A DNA stretch of 55,001 nt from a virus (taxonomy: Duplodnaviria > Caudoviricetes): IMG/VR virus record IMGVR_UViG_3300037424_000895, positions 1-55,001 of that record; one strand, written 5' to 3'. This document shows positions 25,211 through 34,718 of the stretch, piece after piece. The notes under the pieces are model-generated. The model saw only the letters and a program-made list of their open reading frames with translations. It was not told where the DNA came from and searched no databases. Made by a program: the position numbers and the translations under genes. Within the stretch, counting starts at the first letter, position 1, and each line of letters opens with the position of its first letter.

Positions 25211-25579
25211 TCATTTCAGTTTCTCCTTACTAACAACATATCCAGAGTTTTCAAGCAATTCCTTAGCGGCTTTTAATTCTTCAGATTCGAAATGGCACTT
25301 ATTGTACCACTCCTTGATTATTTCTATGTGGCTATCCGCTGTATCTGGAGTGAATACAACTTTACCATTCATAAATATCACATACTCCTTGAACATTGTT
25401 TCGAAGTCTGTTTTAAAGGCATGTTCGAGATATTGGTTTTTGATATTTACCCATGCATCATAACCAGAACTCCACTTAGCCCAAACTTTATCTCCCTCGA
25501 TACGAGTGACAACCCCAGAATCGGGACAGTCTGGATTGGTGTACACAACTTTATCACCAACTTTAAATTCTTTGCTCAT
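25211..25579 (-). CDS. Hypothetical protein with a KOW/SH3-like N-terminus
   Basis: FKVGDKVVY; AGGAG RBS. Confidence 0.7.
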   Translation of the reverse strand: MSKEFKVGDKVVYTNPDCPDSGVVTRIEGDKVWAKWSSGYDAWVNIKNQYLEHAFKTDFETMFKEYVIFMNGKVVFTPDTADSHIEIIKEWYNKCHFESEELKAAKELLENSGYVVSKEKLK

Positions 25580-25597
25580 TTCCGTTTCTCCTGAAGG

Positions 25598-25852
25598 TTA
25601 GGTGTCTGCATGTGGTACAAGCCGCCTAATCCCACTCAAGCAGTGAGTTATAGCGTTCTCGTATGCTTGGTCACTGTTTTCTATAATTTCCCCAAGCCTC
25701 TCATCTTCGCAGGCACGTAAAGCAGCGTTTAAACCCCAAGCCACCCCAAACCGGAAGGCGTCAGATAGCTGGCTTGGGTTTCTGGTGTCAAGACCGTGAG
25801 CGCGTAACCCAACATCTTCTGTTGGTGTGAGAGGTACTTTATGCATACTCAT
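25598..25852 (-). CDS. Hypothetical protein
   Basis: AGGAG RBS block identical to that of the neighbouring gene. Confidence 0.7.
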   Translation of the reverse strand: MSMHKVPLTPTEDVGLRAHGLDTRNPSQLSDAFRFGVAWGLNAALRACEDERLGEIIENSDQAYENAITHCLSGIRRLVPHADT

Positions 25853-25942
25853 TTCCGTTTCTCCTGAATTTTATCCAATACCCAACCATTCTTTGACTCG
25901 GTTCTGAGCCAGTTTACAGATTCCTCCCACTTCTTTTGGAGG

Positions 25943-26125
25943 CTAGTGCCTCACGTAAGGCATATAGACCCCTACTCCATTGAATGTAGCAGCTGCATGC
26001 GCTGTGATCTGTTTCTCAGTCTTTTCAACTCCGCACTTGGGACATGCTGGAGCTTCAGCGCTGAAGCTCTGTAGCTTCTCAAACTCATGATCACATTTTG
26101 AACACTTGAATACATATAGTGGCAT
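25943..26125 (-). CDS. FmdB-family zinc-ribbon protein
   Basis: MPLYVFKCSKCDHEFE.LQ...CPKCG. Confidence 0.85.
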   Translation of the reverse strand: MPLYVFKCSKCDHEFEKLQSFSAEAPACPKCGVEKTEKQITAHAAATFNGVGVYMPYVRH

Positions 26126-26139
26126 ATTTAAACTCTCCT

Positions 26140-26180
26140 CGATGTACTTGAAGACTCTTTTGAAGTCTTCAAGTACATCG
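26140..26180. repeat. 16-bp perfect inverted repeat downstream of the early promoter at 26231-26260
   Basis: CGATGTACTTGAAGAC...GTCTTCAAGTACATCG. Confidence 0.85.
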
Positions 26181-26262
26181 GCTCACTGAAGAACCGAGTA
26201 CGATAGCCCATTGCAAGCTATGTCAAAGACATTGTATCACAATGTCTCCGGGAAGTAAACAC

Positions 26263-26478
26263 TTACTTGAAACTGCGAACTAACTTGTCGAATTCTAGCT
26301 GAGCCTTATAGGCTGGGCTGCCGACGGTATAAACTTGACCGCTGGCCTTCAGTAGGTCACGTTCGGCTTTTAGTTTACTGCCAGCACGGATGATGGCAGA
26401 TGCGTGCGCCAGTCGTGTATCGATCGTAACACGAGGCTTACGCTTGGTGGTGCGAGTACGGGAAGTAGATGTATTCAT
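26263..26478 (-). CDS. Small basic early protein
   Basis: AAGGAG RBS; promoter at 26532-26561. Confidence 0.7.
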   Translation of the reverse strand: MNTSTSRTRTTKRKPRVTIDTRLAHASAIIRAGSKLKAERDLLKASGQVYTVGSPAYKAQLEFDKLVRSFK

Positions 26479-26574
26479 GTGGGCTCCTTTGATAGTTGAC
26501 TCAAGACGAGATCATTAAACTAGGAAGTTATATTTTAACTTAAGTTGCTAGAAAAGTAAACAATTTTGTTGTAA

Positions 26575-26877
26575 TTAGAAGATGAGGTACACTGAAGATT
26601 CTGCTAATTTAACAAGAACGTCACCATGACAATTGTCAGGATAACACCAGCAACCCAAGCTCTTTCCGCGCAATGTATGAATCTGCGCCATCAGTTCTTG
26701 GTTGCCGAGTAGATAATCACGGTATCTTTTGATCACTTCGGTTCTTGTACCATCTCTCCCGATCTTGTACGGATTCTGCCAGATCGAACCGTGGAATACC
26801 TTATCCCAATAGACCATCTTTCGCCCGATGTAGACGTCATACTCGGTCCTAAGAACGTGGACGACACGAGTCTTCAT
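26575..26877 (-). CDS. DUF4326-family protein
   Basis: YDVYIGR, S.W.NPY.IG.DGTR.EVI, L.GK.LGCWC.P..CHGDVL. Confidence 0.88.
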   Translation of the reverse strand: MKTRVVHVLRTEYDVYIGRKMVYWDKVFHGSIWQNPYKIGRDGTRTEVIKRYRDYLLGNQELMAQIHTLRGKSLGCWCYPDNCHGDVLVKLAESSVYLIF

Positions 26878-28097
26878 CGGTAGAGATAAGACATGTAGAG
26901 TCCGTTCTTAGAAGCCCAAGATGAGAGAAGAGTAAGCTCGCCGTTGGTAGCTGGTCGGTTCGCAACCCCACGAGCTTGGACGATCACGCCATCTTTCGTA
27001 ACTTCAATGGTAAGCTTGCGACGTTCCATTGGAACGCCGTACTCATCCTCGACTTGTAAGAGAGACCAGATCGAAACATCTCCTCGAATGCAGCGATCTT
27101 TATATCCGTACACACAGTGACGTTGAGCATTACCCTCTTGTTGCAGAGCTTTAGCCGTCTTGATCTGACGGAATGACCAGCGAGTGTCTTTGTTGTTCGG
27201 TGTCTTGAGAGTGAAGAACGAGTCTTCCAGATCTCTTCCTTCCCAAGAAGCTTCACCCATCTCCTTAAATCGACGAAGATCATAGTGCCAATCCTTCATC
27301 TTCTTGAAGAGAGAAGCTACAGTGTACCCAGATCCTGCTAGCTCAAACTTTGGGCGAGGAATGAGAGTATACTGTCCCTTGGGTCCTTCTATTCTTTGCA
27401 CTTCATTTTCACGACGTCGGTTGTCGAGATAGTCTACGAGATCATTGATCTCACTGATCGTGATCTTTTCTTCCTTGGCGAAGAAGCGCATCGCGTGCTT
27501 CCAGAACTCGTTAAGCTTCTTTTCAACTAGCTTAGTGCGAGCTACACGAAGAGCTGACCCTTCAGATGCGCCGTCGGCTTTACAGACTGCATACACCAGG
27601 GCTTCAGGGATCGTCAGGTCATGCTTGCAGTTCAGGAAGGTGTGAGTTTCTCTCTTGGTGAAGAATTCTTTGAAGTACTCTTTGTGGAGAGATCCACCAG
27701 TGGCGACGCAGACGAACCAGAGCTCATGCTCAAAGTTACGTCTGAACGGGCGAGTGGTAACTTGCTGTCGATTTCTATTGTAATGACCACCGCCATTCTG
27801 GAACTTTGTTTCAGTGTTCCAGATGTAATTCATGAAGCTTGGTGTCTGATACTTTTGAAAGACGTGTCTAACGAGTTCAAGAGTCTGCTTGAAACGATCA
27901 GACGATTTAGTTTTCAGGATAAAGCTCTTCTCATCGCGAATGAAGAATTCACGAAAGTACAAGATACGATTGATGAGCGGTTCTTCAGGAATCTCTGCCT
28001 TTTGTTTCGCTTGCTGGTTTATTTGAGTCAGCTGATTTTGCCAAGCAGCCTTCTCAGCTTCTGCTTTAGCAACTTTTGTTTTAGTAGATCTTCCCAT
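26874..28097 (-). CDS. PcfJ-like domain protein
   Basis: L..EG..Q.HCV..Y, I.SL, LTIEV, IVQARG..NR; early promoter at 28125-28153. Confidence 0.82.
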   Translation of the reverse strand: MGRSTKTKVAKAEAEKAAWQNQLTQINQQAKQKAEIPEEPLINRILYFREFFIRDEKSFILKTKSSDRFKQTLELVRHVFQKYQTPSFMNYIWNTETKFQNGGGHYNRNRQQVTTRPFRRNFEHELWFVCVATGGSLHKEYFKEFFTKRETHTFLNCKHDLTIPEALVYAVCKADGASEGSALRVARTKLVEKKLNEFWKHAMRFFAKEEKITISEINDLVDYLDNRRRENEVQRIEGPKGQYTLIPRPKFELAGSGYTVASLFKKMKDWHYDLRRFKEMGEASWEGRDLEDSFFTLKTPNNKDTRWSFRQIKTAKALQQEGNAQRHCVYGYKDRCIRGDVSIWSLLQVEDEYGVPMERRKLTIEVTKDGVIVQARGVANRPATNGELTLLSSWASKNGLYMSYLYR

Positions 28098-28213
28098 TAT
28101 GCTCTCTCCCGTTGAAGTAGAGTAATTATATCATGAGCCTCAAGAAAGTAAACAACAATGAACAAAGCCGGAGATCACTCCCCGGCTTGTGCTAAGTACT
28201 GCTGAAGCCAAAC

Positions 28214-28858
28214 CTAATGTTGCTTGAACATCCTTGACTCATGGTTGGTAATGCGGCTCAACAGAAAGGCCATCTGGTCAGCCTTGATGTTGCGGCCCTT
28301 CATGATCAGGTGCTCTGCCTTACATGGTACATAAGGTAGATATAGCGGTTCCATTTTCCCGGTACCTTGTGGGCCCAAGATCTGGTGACCGTTCACCTTC
28401 GGTAACATCTGACCTGGAAGGATGTTGCCCTTCAGGGAGTTGCAGCTCTCACACGACGTGACCACATTCATCCAAACGTCTCTACCCCTAGCAACCTTTG
28501 GGTCTTCTGGGTTCTGTGGATGAACGTGGTCACGAGTCAACTCATGAGTTTTGTACGTCTGGCCACAGTATGCACAGAGGTTCAAGTCACGCTTGAACAG
28601 ATGTTCGTTCGTCAGTGCAGGATCTTTGTACCGACGAGGGTTTGGCTGACCGGTCACTACGATGATAGAGCTCGTCTCGACAACCGACTGTTCACCGGTA
28701 AAGCGATTCTTACCACCATGGTAAACGAAGATGCTCTCCCCAAGATGATCTATGACTTCATCGGTAGCTTCGTGTTGGATCGCTTTCTCAAGGTCAATCC
28801 ACTCTTGGGGTTGCCAGTTGTGGTCTAGCTTCAATATTCTGGTTTCTGCCATGCTCAT
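28214..28858 (-). CDS. HNH endonuclease (McrA-like), late
   Basis: LF.RD..LCAYCG, LTRDHV.P, W.NVVTSC..CN..KG; TATAAATA at 28944-28951. Confidence 0.88.
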   Translation of the reverse strand: MSMAETRILKLDHNWQPQEWIDLEKAIQHEATDEVIDHLGESIFVYHGGKNRFTGEQSVVETSSIIVVTGQPNPRRYKDPALTNEHLFKRDLNLCAYCGQTYKTHELTRDHVHPQNPEDPKVARGRDVWMNVVTSCESCNSLKGNILPGQMLPKVNGHQILGPQGTGKMEPLYLPYVPCKAEHLIMKGRNIKADQMAFLLSRITNHESRMFKQH

Positions 28859-29058
28859 ATAGTTCTCCTTCTTACCCGTTGTTTTCTCACCGGTGTCTGA
28901 GCGGCGGTTTCTAGAGGGTGGGCAATTCCCCTCTTAGATTCTATATTTATAGTTGCAAATGTGACAAAACGCCTTGAGTTTCTCAAGGACGAGCTTGTCC
29001 AAGTTACATCTCAACAAGAATATTGTATCACATTCTTACTGAGATGTAAACAAGAATG

Positions 29059-29286
29059 TTAGGAAGCGAATCCCAGATCAAGCACGATCTGCGTTAGAAC
29101 TTCTTGAGAATTCACGATCGTGTAGTTCTTGTCTTTGCAAGCTTGAAGGATTTGTGCAACAGACCCATCCATGACGCGTACGTTGGGATCGGATGCTTTG
29201 AGCAATTGAGCTTGGAGAACAGGACGTCTGAATTGGTAAGATCCGCGGATGTGGCGGATAACGACGTCGTTAGTAGTTGTAGTCAT
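29059..29286 (-). CDS. Hypothetical protein
   Basis: 75-aa ORF with RBS. Confidence 0.65.
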   Translation of the reverse strand: MTTTTNDVVIRHIRGSYQFRRPVLQAQLLKASDPNVRVMDGSVAQILQACKDKNYTIVNSQEVLTQIVLDLGFAS

Positions 29287-29296
29287 GTATTTTCCT

Positions 29297-29692
29297 TTAG
29301 TACCAAATCGTTGACGAAATGGAAAGTTTTGTTATGTTATTACGACTAAGATCTTTGGTCTTAATCGTGCTGTCTACCGAGAGACAGTTTCTCGGAGAAT
29401 CCGAAGAACCGTCAGGAAGTGATAGATTGCTCTTTGGGTTAACCATGAGAAACAATCTATCACTTCCCATAGATCTATTTAATCGGTAGCGCAAGAGATC
29501 AGTGTAGAAGTCTCGATTTATCTTTGTGATTGGTTCTTGCTTTCTCTTCTTACCTTTTAATCTTTTGATTGGAGGAGCTGAGCAGAAGAGAGCTTGCTCA
29601 ACGTTAATGACTTTTGCTGAATTGGCTGTGAACTTTGCTGCATGAACTGGAAGAGAGACGATTAAAGTTACTACGATTAAAAATCTTTTCAT
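29297..29692 (-). CDS. Secreted or periplasmic hypothetical protein
   Basis: Signal peptide MKRFLIVVTLIVSLPVHA. Confidence 0.7.
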   Translation of the reverse strand: MKRFLIVVTLIVSLPVHAAKFTANSAKVINVEQALFCSAPPIKRLKGKKRKQEPITKINRDFYTDLLRYRLNRSMGSDRLFLMVNPKSNLSLPDGSSDSPRNCLSVDSTIKTKDLSRNNITKLSISSTIWY

Positions 29693-30453
29693 ATTTCTTT
29701 CAATAAACTATTGAGATGATGCTTACACAATTCCCAATTTCTAACTTTTGCTTTCTCAAGCGCCCATTCAGTAAACCACTCTGTTTCAGAATCTTGGAAT
29801 TTCTTGACACCTTCTGCAAACTGTGCATATGTATACTTTGTGTTCCTTTGAACTTCAATCTCATGCTTTAAGCCCACATATTGCTTTGTGAGCTTATAAG
29901 AAGACATCTCATAGGGTTGCATCATGTCCGCGTCTCGAATGATGCGTTCAGTCAGAGTTAGTGGAACGTGCTTGAATGGGTATTCAGTGACCTTGATTGC
30001 GTTTCGAGCGATTTCAAACGCAGAGTGACTTAAAGGTACTAGCCGGGATCTTGCAAAAGCCTGCGCAGTTACCAAACCGCTAAGAGCTTCTTGAACATTC
30101 ACCGTATCACTTTTGCTACCACCTGAGTGATTGAAGTCATGCATCAATGCTCCGACGATTAGGCCTCGAAGGTCATCTTCTGGAAGATTTGAGTACCAAG
30201 CTCCCTCATAGCAGTTCAGGATCATGCACTGTGCATGATAGAAGTTGTGGTAAGGCAAATCGCTGCCGCCGTTGAAGTTACTGTAGAACTCGTAGAATGG
30301 TTCCAGATTTAGCCGATCAATGATAGATTCTACTCCGCTATTTCCGAGCATCTGGAGAGAGTAAGTTTTGATCATACTGAAGATCTCCATATCGATCGCA
30401 AGCGCATCATCAGATGAGAGATCCTTTTTGCACTCAGGAGAAGTGAAGTTCAT
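29689..30453 (-). CDS. HD-domain phosphohydrolase
   Basis: PYHNFYHA, ALMHDFNH, IIRDAD. Confidence 0.88.
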   Translation of the reverse strand: MNFTSPECKKDLSSDDALAIDMEIFSMIKTYSLQMLGNSGVESIIDRLNLEPFYEFYSNFNGGSDLPYHNFYHAQCMILNCYEGAWYSNLPEDDLRGLIVGALMHDFNHSGGSKSDTVNVQEALSGLVTAQAFARSRLVPLSHSAFEIARNAIKVTEYPFKHVPLTLTERIIRDADMMQPYEMSSYKLTKQYVGLKHEIEVQRNTKYTYAQFAEGVKKFQDSETEWFTEWALEKAKVRNWELCKHHLNSLLKEI

Positions 30454-31101
30454 TTAAATCCTTTCTTTCGTCTTGTTAAAACGTCCAAACACGTTTCTGC
30501 GATTGATCACAGACCAGAACGTCATCCACAGAATCTTGATGTCTAGCACGGTAGACATGTTCTCAATATATCTGATGTCTAGCCGGACGGCCTGTTCCTT
30601 TGTTAGTCGGTCGCGACCCGAAATCTTGGACAGGCAGGTGACGCCGGGCTTCACCGACAAATACTGCTGGCGGTATTTGCCGTAGAGCGCGGACACCTCC
30701 GGGATCTCGGGACGCGGGCCAACCAGCGTCATGCTGCCGAGCACGACATTCAGGAAATTGGGCAACTCGTCGATGCTGGTCTTGCGGATGAAACTGCCGA
30801 CGCCAGTGATGCGCGGATCGGTCTCGTAGTGAAAGTGAAAATCCAGGCTCCCATGCTTGCTGTAATCGTAAAGCTCGGGGAAGCGTTCGCGCGCATCGGC
30901 ATACATACCGCGCAGCTTGAATATCCTGAAGGGCTTGCCGTTCAGGCCGACGCGGGTTTGGATGAAGAGGGGCGATCCCTTGCTCTCCAGTCTGATGGCG
31001 ATAGCGGCCGCAATGATGACAGGCAGCGAACAGCACAGCAGTATCGAACCCAGCACGAGGTCCAGCAGTCTCTTCAAGAATCGGTACCGCGCATTCTTCA
31101 T
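30454..31101 (-). CDS. Bacterial sugar transferase (polyprenyl-phosphate phosphoglycosyltransferase, WcaJ/PglC family)
   Basis: [49 protein letters not shown]-rich core. Confidence 0.93.
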   Translation of the reverse strand: MKNARYRFLKRLLDLVLGSILLCCSLPVIIAAAIAIRLESKGSPLFIQTRVGLNGKPFRIFKLRGMYADARERFPELYDYSKHGSLDFHFHYETDPRITGVGSFIRKTSIDELPNFLNVVLGSMTLVGPRPEIPEVSALYGKYRQQYLSVKPGVTCLSKISGRDRLTKEQAVRLDIRYIENMSTVLDIKILWMTFWSVINRRNVFGRFNKTKERI

Positions 31102-31664
31102 CTCCAGGTATCCTTGTAGCGTTTCCATTCACCATCTTCAACAAAGTGAGTGTACCCTAACATTGTAAAGAGACTGTGACAAACTTTGAAGGTGAACTCA
31201 AAAACCCGAGCAGAGTTGTTCGTAGAATTGCCTGCAACATTGAGAACAAACGGAGTTCCAAGTTGCTGATTCAGTCTAATTTGGTTACACAATCTAATAA
31301 AATCAGGAGATCTCTCGACTTCTTGGACGCTCAAATTCAAATTTTCTGGATCGAGCATGAAAACTTTATGAGGGATGCAATTCTTTTTGCATTGATTGAT
31401 CGTCAGCTTCGTTCCCGCCGACATCTTCTCGGAACAGATGAGGGTGAAATCAGACTCGGTGAGGTTTTGGGCCGTCCGAGGGGGATATGAAGGAGAATCG
31501 TGCGCCTTGATCCCAAAGGTTTCTGCCATCTCCGGATGAAAACCGTCAAGTGTGCGAAAACCCTTGGGAGCCCAGCCGCCTGTTGGAATTTTGTGCAGCT
31601 TGGCAGCCCACAGACCAGCGACATCTGCGCCGGTCTGAGCTCCAGAGATCACGCGAAGAGTCAT
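31098..31664 (-). CDS. SLOG-family protein (cpYpsA / putative MoCo carrier type)
   Basis: ISGAQTGAD.AGL, TGGWAPKG, Y..RT..N...SD.TL, LNVAGN. Confidence 0.82.
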   Translation of the reverse strand: MTLRVISGAQTGADVAGLWAAKLHKIPTGGWAPKGFRTLDGFHPEMAETFGIKAHDSPSYPPRTAQNLTESDFTLICSEKMSAGTKLTINQCKKNCIPHKVFMLDPENLNLSVQEVERSPDFIRLCNQIRLNQQLGTPFVLNVAGNSTNNSARVFEFTFKVCHSLFTMLGYTHFVEDGEWKRYKDTWR

Positions 31665-31801
31665 TTGCGACGAGATGCCTTCTGACGCAGCTTCTCAAGA
31701 CGCTCTTGATTGTGTTTCAGTTGCATGAAATGCGTATCACGGTATTCTTTCACGTAGTAAGGAATGTGCATGTCATCTTCTCTATTCGTTTAAGATGAGA
31801 C

Positions 31802-31831
31802 ATTATATCACAGTCACCGAAAAAAGTAAAA
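31802..31831 (-). promoter_or_regulatory. T4-type early promoter
   Basis: TTTTACTTTT...TGATATAAT. Confidence 0.7.
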
Positions 31832-31880
31832 TCTTTGTGTGTGTAGAATGGCTGGTGTAAATACTTTGACAACAAATGAG

Positions 31881-32210
31881 ATGAAATATTGGATCAACTC
31901 TCTAAGGGACCTCGTAATGGAAGAAATAGTAACCCAGCTTTTTAATCTCATCTTGACAGAACCGACAAAGATCGGAATGGTAGGGATCTTGATTGCATTT
32001 GCGATCTGGGCTCTTTGGGTCATTGATCGTAAGGATCGTGAGCACAAAGCAGACATCAAAGAGATGATCGAACAAGCTACCAAGGCAAACGAACAAAATC
32101 GCCAAGATCTGATGAACATCATCGAGAAGTATCAGGAAGGGCAGATCAGCGTCATACAGGCGATCAACGAGATCAAAGTATTGCTAGCAACAATCGGGGC
32201 GAAACTCTGA
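31881..32210 (+). CDS. Single-TM coiled-coil protein, possibly holin-like, late
   Basis: One TM helix plus coiled coil; TGTAAATA at 31856-31863; start uncertain. Confidence 0.55.
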   Translation: MKYWINSLRDLVMEEIVTQLFNLILTEPTKIGMVGILIAFAIWALWVIDRKDREHKADIKEMIEQATKANEQNRQDLMNIIEKYQEGQISVIQAINEIKVLLATIGAKL

Positions 32211-32223
32211 TAAGGAGATTGCT

Positions 32224-32946
32224 ATGCTGTCACAATTCATTCCGTCGCTTAAGAACAAAAAGCAGCGCCAACAACGGTTGAAAGAACTTGAAGATAGCGC
32301 GAAGCTGATTCGCGCGGAGATTGACAAGAAACTTGCAGAAGTAAAGGCTGTCGACAAACAGCTTGCTGACGTTTTGACCGATACCCAACACCTCACTCAT
32401 AGCATTCAACAGAAGCTGAACATGAGGTTGAAGATCACCCGAAACTCTCTAAAGACGATCATGCACAGTCTGCGTGATGGAATCGTCATTCTTGACTATT
32501 CTGGAAATGTCGTCGAGATGAATCTTGCTTCTTTCAAGATTACAGATAAAGATCACTTCATCGGAAAGAGCTTCAATGAACTAGCTCAAGAGCTAGAGAT
32601 CACTCTTCCTGGAGATGTGCCGTTTCAGGTCGATCCTAAATTCTTTGAAGAATTTTCAACATATATCTTCGAAAAGACGTGCCCGTCTTTAAGTTGCGAT
32701 GAAGATTGTGCTAACTGCGTCTATCCATTAAGTGAGCTTGAAGCTTATCTTAAGGCCAAGATCCGTCTTCCAAATAGTACAAAGATCAAGATTAGGCATG
32801 ATTCTACTACTAACTGTAATGTCAACTTCAAGATCTTTGATAATTCTCCTGAAGACATTAGAGACGTATCCTACGTGCTCTTCTTCAAGAGAATGCAGAG
32901 AATTGGTGATTCAACACAACGGCAAAGAGCAGTTACGTCTTCGTGA
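32224..32946 (+). CDS. Coiled-coil plus PAS-domain protein
   Basis: LKTIMHSLRDGIVILDYSGNVVEMN...IGKSF PAS signature; AAGGAG RBS. Confidence 0.75.
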   Translation: MLSQFIPSLKNKKQRQQRLKELEDSAKLIRAEIDKKLAEVKAVDKQLADVLTDTQHLTHSIQQKLNMRLKITRNSLKTIMHSLRDGIVILDYSGNVVEMNLASFKITDKDHFIGKSFNELAQELEITLPGDVPFQVDPKFFEEFSTYIFEKTCPSLSCDEDCANCVYPLSELEAYLKAKIRLPNSTKIKIRHDSTTNCNVNFKIFDNSPEDIRDVSYVLFFKRMQRIGDSTQRQRAVTSS

Positions 32947-32957
32947 TCTCCTAAAAG

Positions 32958-32986
32958 AAAAGGGCAGACTTATTAAGTCTGCCCTT
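32958..32986. terminator. Bidirectional terminator
   Basis: AAGGGCAGACTT-ATT-AAGTCTGCCCTT between convergent genes. Confidence 0.8.
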
Positions 32987-33004
32987 ACTTCTTCTTATCT
33001 CTTC

Positions 33005-34042
33005 TTACTTGCTTGCTTTGAACAGCTGTCTTACGATGCTGTCACCCTCACGGCTGAAACGTACGAAGCTGAAGATGCGTTCAGACCATCCAGACAGTTG
33101 AGTCCAACCGCGGATCTCAGAGATCGGTGTAGTACCTCCACCGTTCAAGTTCAACGCGATCTTCACACAGTCCTTCGTGAAGATCTTGGATGGGTCATTG
33201 AACCGCAGAGAGTTCACCTCCATGTCAGAGATCACAATGACGGTGTCTGGTTCGTAGCCCAGGCTTGATTTCATGTTAAGAGCTGCCTGCATGTCAGTAC
33301 CGCCTCCGAAGTTACGCTTCATGATCTGCTGATACATCGTGAAGATGGAGTCAGCCGGATTCAGCGGAACCGATACAGCATAGTCACTGAACATCGTGAA
33401 CGTCATGTTGAACGACTTTGACTTTGCCGAAGCCTTAACCAATGCTGCTCCGAAGATGGAACCCAACTTCATCGGAGAATTGTTGGTAGTGTCTTCACGA
33501 CCACCGCGGTAGCCGCCGTAACCTGAGAAGTTCATCATAGAGCCGGAGCAGTCCAGGATGATCCACACGTTCTTGCTCAGTTCTGGCATGTTCTTGAACG
33601 AGTGCTCGAGAGCATCATTCAGCGCTGTCAGGATGACTTGCGGTACGCTGTTTGCACGAGCCACCTCATATGCGTTCACGAAACCAAACGGCAACTGCTT
33701 GGACTTCTCCACAGCCTTTGGATTGCTGATGCGGTCAGCAACCTTCTGCCAAGTCTCGTTCGAGATGCCGGCTTCCTTCATGTTTCGCAGGTTTCGGATC
33801 AGCGCCATGTAACCCAGAGAGCCAGAACCCTCGCGGTTGATGAGCTCGGTCCACAGTGCAGCCTTTGACTTCTGTTCTTCCTTCGGAAGCTGACCGTTCT
33901 TGGACAGCTCAACTTCCCAAGTGTACGGAGATTCCAGTGTTTCGTCCATGATCTTCTTGAAGATCTCGGTGTGGACTTCATCGATCGGCTTCGGGTGAAC
34001 GATGCGCAGCAGTTGTTTAAACGTTAACTGAGGTGTTGACAT
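33005..34042 (-). CDS. rsr: Ro60/TROVE protein, C-terminal part (TROVE C-half plus vWA domain)
   Basis: LLRIVHPKP, TWEVELS, LGYMALIRNLRNM, SKQLPF, DCSGSM MIDAS, GGT, ISDME; own AAGGA RBS and ATG. Confidence 0.9.
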   Translation of the reverse strand: MSTPQLTFKQLLRIVHPKPIDEVHTEIFKKIMDETLESPYTWEVELSKNGQLPKEEQKSKAALWTELINREGSGSLGYMALIRNLRNMKEAGISNETWQKVADRISNPKAVEKSKQLPFGFVNAYEVARANSVPQVILTALNDALEHSFKNMPELSKNVWIILDCSGSMMNFSGYGGYRGGREDTTNNSPMKLGSIFGAALVKASAKSKSFNMTFTMFSDYAVSVPLNPADSIFTMYQQIMKRNFGGGTDMQAALNMKSSLGYEPDTVIVISDMEVNSLRFNDPSKIFTKDCVKIALNLNGGGTTPISEIRGWTQLSGWSERIFSFVRFSREGDSIVRQLFKASK

Positions 34043-34682
34043 TATTTTCTTCCTTATGAAGGTTCTTATGACATTTGACACAGAGTGTCAACCCATTTTC
34101 CAGATCAAAGATAAGATCTGGAAATTCACTTACTTTCTTGATATGATGAGCTTCTATATATTGCCTACCACGCTTTAAACATTTTTGACAAGTCCAATCG
34201 TCTCTCTTGAAAACTTCAGTTCTCCATTCTTTGTACTCTGGAGAATTTCGAATAAGAGTGTTCTTAGAACTTGTACCACCCTTCCAATTCCAATGAGATT
34301 CTTTACTCTTACCGTATTTGATCCTATCAGGATGTGTTAACTTTGTTAAACCTTTATTCCAAGTTTTTCTTCCCCTTGTGGCAGTAGAAATGTTTTGTTT
34401 TCGTTCTTCTGAAAATTTCATCCCGCTAAGAGAATTAGCAATTTTATACTTATGCTCTACGGTTAGAATTCTATTGCTTGCAGCTTTACTTAAAAGTTCA
34501 AATGTCTGATATCGTTCACGTTCTTTATCTCTTTCAATTCCAAACTTTTTGAATTTATTAGCAATCGCGGTAAAAGAACATTTAAAACGTAATGAAATTT
34601 CATAGATAGAAAGTTTTTGACCCCAATAAAGATCAATTAGTTCTTCTTTACTAACCTTAACTCTCGCATATTTTTCTTTCAT
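34017..34682 (-). mobile_element. Free-standing HNH homing endonuclease inserted in the Ro60 gene
   Basis: WNKG, HWNWKGG, YKEWR..VFKRD..TCQKC, AHHI, NGLTLC..CH; AT-rich; CATAAATA at 34704-34711 plus RBS hairpin. Confidence 0.92.
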
Positions 34683-34718
34683 ACTAGCACCTTTCGATAC
34701 TAGTATTTATGAGAAAGC

